Source: Octopus vulgaris (taxonomy: Eukaryota). Taken from it: 64,000 nt of DNA. Of the stretch, positions 39,647-52,044 are shown in pieces. Both the position numbers and the translations under genes were made by a program. The notes beneath the pieces were generated by a model. It did not search any database, had not been told where the DNA came from, and saw only the letters and a list, made by a program, of their open reading frames with translations. Within the stretch, counting starts at the first letter, position 1; the number at the start of each line of letters is the position of its first letter. The stretch lies in assembly GCA_951406725.2 (NCBI GenBank), contig OX597823.1, positions 44,764,001 to 44,828,000 on the forward strand, read 5' to 3'.

Positions 39647-41865
39647 TTAATTTCAATACACAAACTATATATTAAATCTATTTGATTCCCACATCTTTGT
39701 GCATACATACCAAAACAATTTTCAAATGTTAGAAAGACACTAAACCTTACTAAAGTTCAACTTTATTCATCCAGCACCAGTTACACTAAATTTAGTTTAC
39801 CAATGCTAAAAACATATGAACTCATATATCATTTACCATTCTAATAGTGATTTCTTAGAACCACAAGACCAGTTCTTGTAAGAGAGGAGCATAGTTACCT
39901 GAACCGACACCAGTGCATTATAAGCACTCATTTCATGGACCCTAGAGAGAAGGCTGACAAAGTTGAACGGAAGCCAAAGGATCATCATCATCATTATTTA
40001 GCATCTGTTTTCCATGCTGGCAAAGGTTGGACAAACAACAGAATCACATTGTGACTGAAATGCATCCTGTCCCTGCATACATCAAACCGAATCTTGTGAG
40101 GTAGTATATTAGACACACTAGTCTTGTCCGTCACCATCACACTATTCTATTATTGGTTTCTAATACAGGTATACACAGCCACAAATTTTAGGGGCAGAAG
40201 TATAGTTGATTGGATCAACCTACTGCATGACTGGTAATTATTTTACCAGTCTGGAAGTACAAAAGCAAAGTGGCTTAAGAAACAACTAAACAAAACAAGA
40301 TATTTTAACTGCTATTCTGCCAATTTGGCCATCCACTACCCTGGTTTAATATCACTGCAAAACACACCACCAGTTTTGTAAAACAAGTATCTGTAAACAT
40401 TTTCAACCACAGTATGTGACTTGTAGCTGTTTTATTAACTTTCAAGTGAGCATTTCGGGAAGAAAGGGCCAAGTAGATAATGTACTGCACTACCTGCTCA
40501 GAGGTTTTAAATATTTTGTTGCATTCTGCAGTAAATTTTACTTTACAATGTCTCAAGTTCATGTAACTATTAGCAGGTAGGAGATAATGGATGTTAACTA
40601 CAAGCAATCCAGGCAAAAATTTACCTCTCCTCAATGCTTTGAGACCAGACCTAAAGACTGTTTTTGCGTAAGTCCACCAGGGATGTCAATCTACCCTTAA
40701 CATGGATAAGGCTTAGTAGTCAAATAGTGAGTACATAATTAAAACATCTACTTTGGTGTGTCAGTTTCTAGTATAAAGTATTAACTCATGTGTAATGTGA
40801 GGATTTTTATACAAAGCACCCAAATCAAAATTACAAGATAGTATTATACTTAAATGGAAAAAAGAGAGAATATATTACTGATTTTCAGGTCCAAAATTGG
40901 GGGCCACATTATATTTGAGATCACATTGTACAAGAAAATGTGGTAGTAATAATTATTTCTGACATATACATGAGGAAAGATTTGGTCAATTATATAAAAA
41001 GTAGTACTTGGCTGGAACTATATTTTGCTGACTCAGGAAGGATGAAAGGCAAAATTCAAAACACAGTGCCAATAATAATAATAATAATAATAATTTCTCA
41101 ACTGACACAAGGATGTAACTCATAGGGAAATGTATGTAACTGAATGAATTCCCAGTACTTATTTAAAAAAAAAAAAAAGGATTTTAACTGAGAATATTGT
41201 GGCAGAAAAGGTATTAGTCTGGCACTTAATCATCTTGCAAGGCCTCAGAGAGGCAGGGGCAGAAAAAAAAAAAAAAAGAGGAAAATCCATGAGTGAGGAG
41301 TTATCTTCAGCAAAATCCTGGCTCAGATGCTTGCAGCAGTGGATTCCACTTAAAGCTCCTAATGGGATTAGTGGTAGAGTTATGAATTAAACATTAGTGA
41401 AACAAATTTAGAAACAAACATACCACTCACTGCAGTCAAAAAACATCATATACTGACACTTCAAAACGAAAGACAAGTACATAGATAAACAAGGAGAGTA
41501 CTGTAGAGTGGATAAATAAAGAAAAGAGTTGGTGGGGTAGTAACAGAAACATGAGGATGTAGCATGAAACATTCGAAGTTAAAGCACTGCTATTTTCTTC
41601 AAAATGTGTAGGCTTCAAAAATTAATAAAACCACCCTGTTATTATTATTATTATTATTATTATTACAAGTAGGTATTATAATGTAACATTGATAACTTAA
41701 GATAGGATTTATATAAAGGAAATTGTTAGCAAAGTACTATAACATTAGTAGAGTACAGAGAGAATAGAGTACATTATGTAATAGTATTACTGATGCAAAT
41801 GATAGAAATAACTTGGTAGATTAAGTAAAAGCTGATCCCATCTAGATCTCAATAACTATCCTTAA

Positions 41866-42413
41866 CCCTTTAGCATTTAAACCAGCCGTATCTGGCCTAA
41901 ATGCTCCACCCATTTTATGTTCAAACTAGCCAGATCAAGCTTCTTATACCTACTCTACAATGCCATTTTAAAAATAAAGTCACATCACTGAAATCACAAA
42001 GCTACAAGACGCTGAATAATTAATTCAAAATAACACGGACAAATAAGTATGTGTGACAGTATCAGCCTCAACATCTGAAGATCATATTTCACTACCTTGC
42101 CCTGTCTTCTTGGGTCTACCTCTGCCATGGGTTCCTTCCACAATTAGAGACCAGTACTTCTTTATGCAGCTGAGCCCATCTGGATCTCAATAACTATCCT
42201 TAACCGTTTAGCATTTAAACCAACCGTATCTAGCCTAAATGTTCTACCCATTTTATGTTCAAATCAACGAGACCCAGCTTCTCGCACCTACCCTACAATG
42301 CCATTCAAAAAATAAACAATCAAATTATTGAAAAGCTACAAGATATTGAATGATTAATTCAAAACAATGTTAATAAGCATTACAGTTGACAGAATAATCT
42401 GGATGCAAAAGGA
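41866..42413 (+). mobile_element. Two tandem MITE copies (41866-~42055 and 42204-42413) separated by an RTE fragment (~42060-42170, minus strand)
   Basis: Both start ttaa|cc.tttagcatttaaacc and share the same unique upstream flank; the spacer reverse-translates to VEGTHGRGRPKKT. Confidence 0.75.
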
Positions 42414-45400
42414 TTAAATGTCCTTGAGGTTTAAAAACTATTTATTTCTATAGGTAAGTATTTTGTTGTTCTCAGAGAATAACTGAGCCACTCCAAAACT
42501 AATTCACACAGAGTCAATCAGTGAGTCACTGAATTTGAGAAGAAACAATGTGTATGTGCTTGACACATGACTTTTAGATTCCATTGTCAAAGACGGTTTG
42601 AACAGCAGCTTCCAGATTACAATGGATGAACGGATGAAACTTTTTCTGGCATGTAAATTTCCACAAATATGAAGCAGTTCAAATCTTGGTTTATCGGGGA
42701 GTCATGTCACTGATGCTTGATGAAAAGGAAAGGCAGTGCTCGTCATTTCATAAATAATTACATTTGTAGTCAGGACTTCAATGTCCCTTTCACTGTTGCA
42801 GTATGTCATCCAGATCATTTTGGAGATGCACTGTTTAACAACCTGATTTACACTTCACACCTATGGCTTACTGTATCTGCACAACACACACAGCATATGT
42901 ATTCTTAGACATACGTTTATTCTAACATATACCCATATACTCACATAAGTGAAGTCATATTACCTAATTGTTAGGATGTTGTGCTTCTGATTGTGATGTT
43001 GTGGGTTCAATTCCTGAACCAAGCAGAACATCACATTGTGTCTAAGAGTATAGTGTTTCATTTCGCATTGTTCCAATCTACTCAGCAGAAAAAGTGAGTA
43101 TCAGCCTTATGCTGGTGCAGCACTTTTGCCCTCCAGCTCTCATGCCCTTGATGTTCTGCAGAGTTTGCCAAGTCATGAGGTAGGAAAGCTGAGAGGATGT
43201 TGAAATCTACCCATGACTACACAGGTACCTGAAAGCAACTGACAGAAGCATGGTACAGGCTACCAAAGCCAGAATGGCTCATGAGTAATGCTTTTCATGT
43301 TTAGAAACAATGCAATGAGAACATGGTCTCTCTCTAACCACCCATGAACAAATTAAAAAAAACATACCGACACAAACAGGACAGCACAAGAGAGGAGCGA
43401 CGTACATTCTTTTGTAAGGGGGAGCAAATTCCGTGATACATTGAGTGTGCATATTTTCGGTATGTGAAAGACATGCAGGGGTAGAGGTGTCTGTGATGGC
43501 ATGGTTTGGTGCTACATGTGGAAGATGGTGGATATGGTACTGGTAGTGCAAATTGGATTCAGAAAGCTGTTGTGGTGGTGGTGGTGGTGCGGGGGAAAGA
43601 GATAGTAGTGAAGAAAAGACATAACAAAAGAATAGAAGCAACAGAAGCTGCTGCTGCCAGTGATAACATAGGAGAGCAGGTGAAAAGAACAAAAAAAAAA
43701 GGGCTTGGTGGAGCAAACTAAAGCAGAAAACAATAATAGCTACAAGAGAAAGGAGCAGTTTTGACAGGGTGGAGGGGTGGAGTTTAAGAATTGTTGACAG
43801 TAGATATTTCTTTCTCCTTATAACTATTATTTGTTTTTTAAGTCATCCTGGGAACAAAAAATTGCTCTTTCTTGTTTTTGTTTTCTTTCTTTTTGGCCTT
43901 TCTTATTTCTAAATTCATCTTAAAGATTTTCGACATCCTAAAGAATTTGTCTGTGGGTGTGCATGTATTTTTGAGAGAGAGAGAGAGAGAGTTTGTTGTG
44001 TGTGTGTGTGTGTGTTGCATGCGTGCACACACATGCACAACAGATTGAATCAGTGCATTTGTAGTTGTGGAGAGAAATGGATGTTCAGGTCAGGATATAT
44101 AGATGTCTATGTTTGTGTATATGCATATGTTTAAGTGTGTGTGTTCATTGTTGGCATGAAGAAGAAATGGTTACAGAGTTGTAATGAAACAGAATGGTTT
44201 AGCTGCTTAAATCAGAAAGAGAGAGAAGTAAAAAACCACAAGCGTCTACAGCACGTGTAAATAAAAGAGGGAGTGTGCGTATGTTTGTGTGCATGTATAA
44301 GCACATGCATATGTCAATATATATGTATATATATATATTGTGTGTGTAAGTGAAAGTTTGTGTATATGTACAAATGTATGAAAAAGAAGTTCAACATGAT
44401 GAAAGGATATTTAATGTTAACGATACATTTATATGCTTAAAACATTTAGTCTTGCTGTAGAATGACAATATTCAGGTTATCTAAATATATTCCCATATCA
44501 TTTTATAACAAGACTGTAAAGTTTAGACATATAAATATGTAATTAACATTGGAAGTGTTTTCATTACGTAAACTTATTTATGAGTCAATAACTGAAACAA
44601 GTTCTAGACCTGTTTGTCAGAGTTTGTGTGACTATGTATTATCTGAGTGTATATGGCAGTTAAGACTCATGCATGCATGTGTTTGGGAGAAAGTAGACAC
44701 ATGTGTGTTCAATATTTGTGTATGAACATGTCTTAATCATAGCATATTGCATCAATTCCAGAGTCTTAAATCACTTCAAACCTGATTCTCAGTTAGAATA
44801 AAATGTATGGGGAGGATTGGATGGAAAGCAGATGAAGTCAGAAGGAAGATAGAAGGGGCTGGGGAGGGAGGACAAGACAACAATTCAATATTGTTATTCA
44901 ATTTGTTATTTCATTCCTTGAGAGTTTCATGTCCTGGTACAAGGGTTGGGGCTTGAATCAAGAGTTCTAACCTACTTTCTCAGTCATTTGTCACCTGATA
45001 CCAGAGAAACTAAGTACTATATATATATGAGAGATGGCAAAATTGTGAGTCTATTATATTATGTCTTAGTAAATGTGTGTCCATTGGTTTCAGCAATGAG
45101 TATTCCAGTGATTCTGACAACTAAAATATTTTTGTCGAAACCAGCAGAGATTCATTTACACTTTACTTTTAAATTTATGTTATCAAATATAGATTTAATG
45201 GTGAAGAATAAACACACACCAAGATCTGCACACTTTGCTGCAAGCACGCATTATCAGCGGCATGAATGAAAGGAGCTAGACAGGGTGTGTTAGTAAGGAG
45301 ACTTGTAATTTACTGTGTACTTAATACACAGTTAATACACCCTGAAATGTAGACAATGGTCAAGTGTGTGTGATTATATACATATATATATATATATATA

Positions 45401-45523
45401 TTAGAGATAAAGAAAAATGAGAGAAAATGCATGTGGAAAGCAGATAGTTACATGGAATAAACAATGTGTAAATTATTCTTTCTTTTTTAAGGTTTTGTTC
45501 AGGCTCTTGTATCAAAGTGGTGA

Positions 45524-45592
45524 TCATATTTTTAACTGCTTTGTGAAAGCACATGATTATCATGTGCTTTCACAAAGCAGTTAAAAATATGA
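45524..45592. repeat. Perfect palindrome, 34-bp arms with 1-nt spacer
   Basis: tcatatttttaactgctttgtgaaagcacatgat-t-atcatgtgctttcacaaagcagttaaaaatatga. Confidence 0.97.
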
Positions 45593-45892
45593 GCCAAAAG
45601 GCTCTCAGCAGCAATAAAGAAGGATCAAATTGATTTATCAATAAGTTTTACTTTTGTTAAAACAGTCATTAGGGGTTCAGTTACTTTCCTCCGTGTGCTA
45701 AGAAGATATAGTGATTGGACTAGATCTGACCTTATCTAGAAAACAGAGTCAAGTTATAATCACGTGCATTATTGGGAGCACCAAAACAATGCAGATAAGA
45801 TTCAAGTTATAAATAAAGTTACAATCCTCAAGTTAAGCATATTTTTAGCCTTGCTGTGAAAATAGATGTGTGTGTGTGGTTGTATGCACGCA

Positions 45893-46687
45893 CAGGGTAC
45901 AGTGAATAAACTGTTGTCTAAATTATGCAGAATGAAAATAACACTGACAATCTTATTTTAAGAGATATTTAACCAAAATTACATAAAAATATCTTGAAAT
46001 ACTAAAGAGTAAATTTATTCAATAAAAATTGCTTCAACCACAACCTCCAGGTGACTGAAATCTCCTGCAACTCTTCTGGATGGTCTCCTTTTTGAAGTTG
46101 ATGAATATTGCCATAATCCTTGCCTTCACTTCATTTTTGGTGTTACAAGGAGTTTTGTTGGTCTCTCACTCAACTGTACCCCACACATAGTAATCAAAGG
46201 GGTTGCAGTCTGGGGAGTTAGGTAGCCAGATGTTATAGGTAATGTAGCTGCAGAAATTGTTTGACAGTCACGACAAGGATTCTCCTGCTTGTGTGACATG
46301 GTGCAGAGTCCTGTTGTTAGACATAGGGTCTTCCAGCAGCCACTTTCTTGACCCAGGGCAGCAGTACCTCCTCCAGGCATTTGATGTAGACCTCCGTGTT
46401 AAGTGTGAGGCTATGTGGTAAGATGAATGGAGGCATGTCGCCATCACAAGTGATCACTCCAAACACCATGATGTCAACTGGATGTTTGATTTTTATCACT
46501 TCTGGTGCCAATGCCGAGCAATACAGCATGTCGTTTCTGGCAAAGTGAATTGCATCATGGTGCTGTTTTTCTCACAGACAGTGCCCGACTGACCCTACTA
46601 TACTGTGTAGTTGACAAAATCAAAACCAAACTGTGTATGCGCGAAATTAAAACTATAAATTAGTGACAATTTACCTATCGCACCCTG
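45893..46687 (-). mobile_element. Tc1/mariner DD37D (maT-like) element, internally deleted
   Basis: IMVFGVIT.DG, PWVKKVAAGRPYV, QDSAPCHTS...W.PNSPDCNPFDYYVWG (37 residues between the last two D after correcting one frameshift); CAGGGT...ACCCTG termini. Confidence 0.85.
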
Positions 46688-46727
46688 TGCATGTGTGTAT
46701 ATGTATATCTATGTGTGTATGTGTATA

Positions 46728-46764
<37 letters not shown>

Positions 46765-49700
46765 GGGTTTGTGCCAACACAGACTACCACTAGTGACCTC
46801 AAAATGTAGTCAGTCATTTTGTTTAATGGCTACAAGAACTGAGATTAAATTTTCTTAGAAGGAATGAATCCGTACTACAAACACATTCAGTCTTTCTAGA
46901 TGACTATAAGTTAACAATCGATACCTTGTAGATAGCATGAAATCAGAAATTATATTTTAGAGGATGTGAGAAATGGGAGTTTCATGCATTTCTTTCAATG
47001 GGTATTAGTAATGCAAGTGAAAAAGTTGTTTTGTTATTCAGTATTAAGAATCAGAAACCTATAAATTAGGAAACAGCTAATGCAGATTATGAACATTCAG
47101 TGTATTGATTTGTAGATATCTCATCTTTATTGCAGCACAAGCTATCCTAACACTTCTTTTTAAAAACAAACTAAGAGAGAGTTTACTGGAGTTGTGATTG
47201 CTACATTGGACTGATTCAGTGACAGAATAGATTTCTTTACTGAGTCTAAGTCTTCTCCATTTTAAAGGAAGATGTTCCAATTAAGAACCAAAATTTGCCA
47301 ACTTGATTCATAAAAAAATTACCACTACATCACAGTCCATGCATTGGAATATTATACTACGTTCCAGTGGAATGAAACTGAAACTTGGTAGTATCATAAA
47401 CCCAGGAGGAGGAAGTAAAATACGCTGACACCAGCAGGATTGAACTTAAAACAGATGAAACTAAATACTGAAAAAGATATTCTGGCCAATGTTCTATAAA
47501 ATCTAGTATCTACTGAATATAACAAAGGTAAGATTTAGAAGAAAATGTTTTAAAACTACGAAAGCATTTTTCATAATTTTCTTTCAGAAATCTTACATTT
47601 ATTATAATAGCCAAAGAGAAAAGTATAATAAAATAACTAAAAAAATGTAACAAGTTGAGAAAATGTGAAATAAATGGGGCAAAGGAAGATTAAGAAACCC
47701 AAAATACAAAAACAAGACAAAGTCTACAAGTACTGTTGTTGATGCATTTATTAAAAGTTGCCAGGCCAGCAAATCTGGTAATGACTATAACAAAAATCAC
47801 ATGTCTTGTAATAGCAACACAGCTGTAGATCTGTAAAAAAGCAAAGTAGTAAGCTGCAGATGGGAATACAACTTGCCTGTTGTCCTTAAAAAGTTAGTCA
47901 GTGAGTTATAAAAGAATGAATTTAGGAGGGAGAGAGAGAACTGTGAGTAAAGGGAAATGGTTTTGTATTTGTTTTATTGTTTTTCACTCATGTTCTCACA
48001 GGATTATTGTTTTGCAAATCTAAGGCATTTGCACAGTGTTGGAACAGTTGTTTTCATACATGGATGCTCTTATCTATACAGCCTTGGAGTTAGATGGGAA
48101 TGTTGGAGACCACAGAGATAAACTCCATTAAGGACACAAAACAGCAGCTTCAATAGAATTTGGATTTATGATCATGCAATTATTAAGTAGTTAGGCATCT
48201 TAACACCATTGTGACTACAAAATTACAAGGGGTGTCACTGTGAAGGAGTACAATGTGTATAACAGAGAAGTCATAAAGACAATACATGAAATAACAGTAT
48301 GCAAAGGTAGATTAATGTTAGTTAGCTGTAAACAAGTAGTAAAGAAACAAAAGCAAATTCAATTAGAAAATTTTGGATTAATATGACTGAGGTCTGGTAG
48401 AAACAACCAATCCATGCCAGCATGGAAGACAAATGTTAAGTAATGATGATGATAATTTTTTTTATCTATGCAGGAAACTATCTTGGAAAAGAAAATAACA
48501 GAAGTGTAAAATTATAATTTTCACACTTCTCTCAGGAATACTAGTAACCTATATCACCTAAATTAATAATTTCTTACATAGGCAAAAAGCCAGAAAAGAT
48601 TTTGGAAAGGAACAGTTAATTATAACCACCTGAATACTTATTTTATAGCACTTGGAAGAATAAAGCTGTGGATCTGAACTCAATACAATGAGTTATTGTA
48701 TGCAGACACTAATGATTCTGCCAAACCATCAGCCAACTACTTAAATTATTAGCTCCATCTATGTATCAAATCAAAATGGTCATAAACTCTGTTGAAAACC
48801 TACCATCATTAACATTTACTACTACTGTTATTATAGATTTAATGAAATTGTTAAGTTTGATATAACTGCACCAAGAAGTTATGTAAATTTATTTTAACTG
48901 GCAGCATTAAGATTTAGACAATGATGATTATAGTGATGGTAATCATATTAGTATGATGTTTAAGTTGATAACCATGAATGTGAGCCTAATTACAAATATT
49001 GGAAGTATGTGCTGCCTGCTTCAATCAAAAGTGCAGTAATACCAAGCCAGCCATTTTCAGTGACCGAGTTATTTTCACATTTATAACTGAAGTAGGCGTT
49101 TATTTTATAGGTAAAACTGTTTCCCCTATAAACATTATCAGCTTTAATTTTTGCCACTCTGTTTAACTGATAGGTAAATTGTCTAATTCAATGTGCAAAA
49201 TGCTGGTCTGTGATATAATCACAGCATATAAAGATATTAATTTCTCATTTAGAAATACATAGTTTTCTCTGAGCCAGCAAATATATTGATATGGTTTCAT
49301 TCTGGCATTTATTAACAGAGAAACCAAAACTTCAGTGAAAATAAAGACAGCATGCAAAAGGAAAATAATTCTGGAATAAATATATTTATGAAGGGCAGTT
49401 CAAACAAATATCTTAATGTAAGGAAAACTTAAGCTTAAAGAAAATAATTCCTTTCCATTTTTGAGATTTGTTATATGTAGATGATACTGACTTCCATAGG
49501 AAGTTTCATGTTTCAGTTTATTTAACAAGAAACTCTTTTTAATGAGCACAGTATAAGATTACTTAAATGTTTTATTAAAATTTTCAGGGCTGTTGCTCAG
49601 TTACTGATGCAAAGTGTAAATACAATACCTCTTTTATACTTGTTTGAAAGCGTACTTTTTTTCAAGAATGAATGAATTAATTAATACTAATGCATATGTG

Positions 49701-51239
49701 TGTGTGTATTTATATTTAAAAAATCAATAGTGCTCAGTGTTTCTATAAAAGGTAGGGTTGCATAATTCTGCAATGCTGTATTTTTCTATCTGCTTGAATA
49801 AGTCGTAAAAGTCAGACTTTCAAGTATTGAACTAACTTAATTATTCAAAATTTTTGAGTTTAACCTCAACCACTATTTCTCTCTAACAACATCTAAGTTA
49901 TTTCTTTACTTCTTTTTTTTTTATGTCACCTGTATCATGTATTCAGTTTACATGTTCATAACCAAACACAGATTTTCTTTGCAAATATCATTATTAATTT
50001 AACAATTTGGCAAGGTATTCATGTGTGGATATTCTAAAAGAAAGTTATATTTTTCTCTAAAAACATCAACAAGTTTGTGATGAAAAAATGCAAAATATTT
50101 GTCTGAAGATGAATAAATAAAATATCAGGCATTTTATCTTATTCCACACACTAAACTCTTGTTAGTAATCTAGATTAATAAGCAGCATCAAAGATATTTA
50201 ACTTTTGATAAGTGGAATAAGTAAGGACTGGATTAAAGGCATTACCCTCTCCTTGCTCACTCTCTTGTCTGTTTCATCCACCATCTCCATTAACTAATAC
50301 AAACTGCACTCACTTCTCCCCACCATTCCCCCCATCCCTGCACGTCTCCCTCTTCCACAACCCTCTCACCCCTTTCCCAGCACACCTACACCCTTGCTTT
50401 CCCCCCCCTTTTCAACACCCCACATCCCAGACATCCACTCTCATTCGAACATCACACCTCCCACTTTGCCTTTTTCATATTCCTCCTTTATTTTTCTTCA
50501 GAGACATCAAGATTCTTCCCCCTATTTTTAAGAAGCAAACAAAATGTTTAAAAGGGAGTAGTTCTGGTGAAGCATTGTGCGATATTACATTAAAGAGACT
50601 TGTTGGCTAAGGCCGGAACAATGGGAGAATATCCCTTGCTGTTCTGCATGTCCTGAAGAAGAGGTCATAGCCCAGAAATACAAAAATAAAAAGTAAAACT
50701 ACAACTTTATTTTGTTTACTTTTATTTTAGTAGTTTACTTTATATCTTCTTGCACTGTTCCAGCCTTACCCAACAAATCTCTTTAATAAAAAATTTTTTA
50801 AAACTTGTCCTTCTTTTGTTATTTTTGCTTTTGATCATTGCCTTCACAATACATTTTTAATGTTTACATGGACTGCTTATCTTTTTTCTCACAACTGTAT
50901 ACATTACACACAACCTTCTGTACCCCACTCACCTCTTATAATTTCCTTTTTTACCTTTTCTCTCATCTTCTATTCCGCTTTCCATCTCATCATTTAAATA
51001 TCAGTTTTCCATGCCGGCATGGGTTGGATGGTTTGACAGGAGCTGGCAAGCCAAAGAGTAGCACTATACTCCATTTGTCTGTTTTGACATGGTTTCTATA
51101 GTTGGATGCCCTTGCCATTCCTAACAAATCACATGGTTCTGGGCTCAGTCAACCAAAGCCTTGTGAGTGGATTTGGCAGATGGAAATTGAAAGAAGCCTA
51201 TCATGTATGTATATGCACACACACACACACACACACACA

Positions 51240-52009
51240 CAGGGTGTAACAGGTAGATTGTCATTGGGCACTGTCTGTGAGGGAAACAGCAACATGATGC
51301 AATTCACTGCCAGAAATTTGTAAACAACATGCTGTTCTGCTTAGCATTTGTGCCGGAAGCTCCAATACAAACATTTCAGAGTGCTTGGGTGTCAGGCTGA
51401 GGACATGTACTGTGAGTGATAAAAATCAAACCCCCAGTCAACATTATGGTGTTTGGAGTGATCACTAGTGATGGCAACGTTATGTCTCCATTCATCTTCC
51501 CACACGGCCTCAGACTCAAGACACAGGCCTACATCAAAGGCCTGGATGAGGTAGTGCTGCCCTCGGTCAAGAGGGTGGCTGCTGGAAGACCCTATGTCTG
51601 GGAACATGACTCTGCACCATACCACACAAACAGGAGAACCCAGACTGTCAAACAATTTCTGCAACTACATCACCCCTAACATCTAGCCACCTAACTCCCC
51701 CAGACTGCAACCCCCTTGATTATGTGTGGGGTGCAGTGGAGTGAGAGACCAACAAAACTCCTTGTAACACCAAAGATGAAGTGAAGGCAAAGATTATGGC
51801 AGCATTCACCAACTTAAACAAGGAGACTGTCCAGAAGAGTTGCAGGAGATTCCAAAGTTATCTGGAGGCTGTGGTTGAAGCTATTTTATTGAATAAATTT
51901 ACTCAATATCTTGAAATACTAAATATTTCAAGATATTTTTATGTAATCTTGGTAAACATCGCTGTTTACCAAGATTACATAAACAGGGTGCTCTGTTCAC
52001 CACACCCTG
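51240..52009 (+). mobile_element. Second copy of the same DD37D/maT-like element
   Basis: IMVFGVITSDG, KRVAAGRPYVWEHDSAPYHT, PPNSPDCNPLD; CAGGGTG...CACCCTG termini. Confidence 0.85.
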
Positions 52010-52013
52010 TGTG

Positions 52014-52044
<31 letters not shown>

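Noticed and set aside
47690-47830. Strong acceptor followed by a Cys-rich frame ending in a stop (possible alternative last exon)
   Set aside because: Cys richness is expected from TG-rich DNA; no independent support
50640-50690. CTGAAGA...GAAA resembling a minimal hammerhead ribozyme of Penelope-like elements
   Set aside because: Stems I-III cannot be formed convincingly; no intact hammerhead seen by eye in the window
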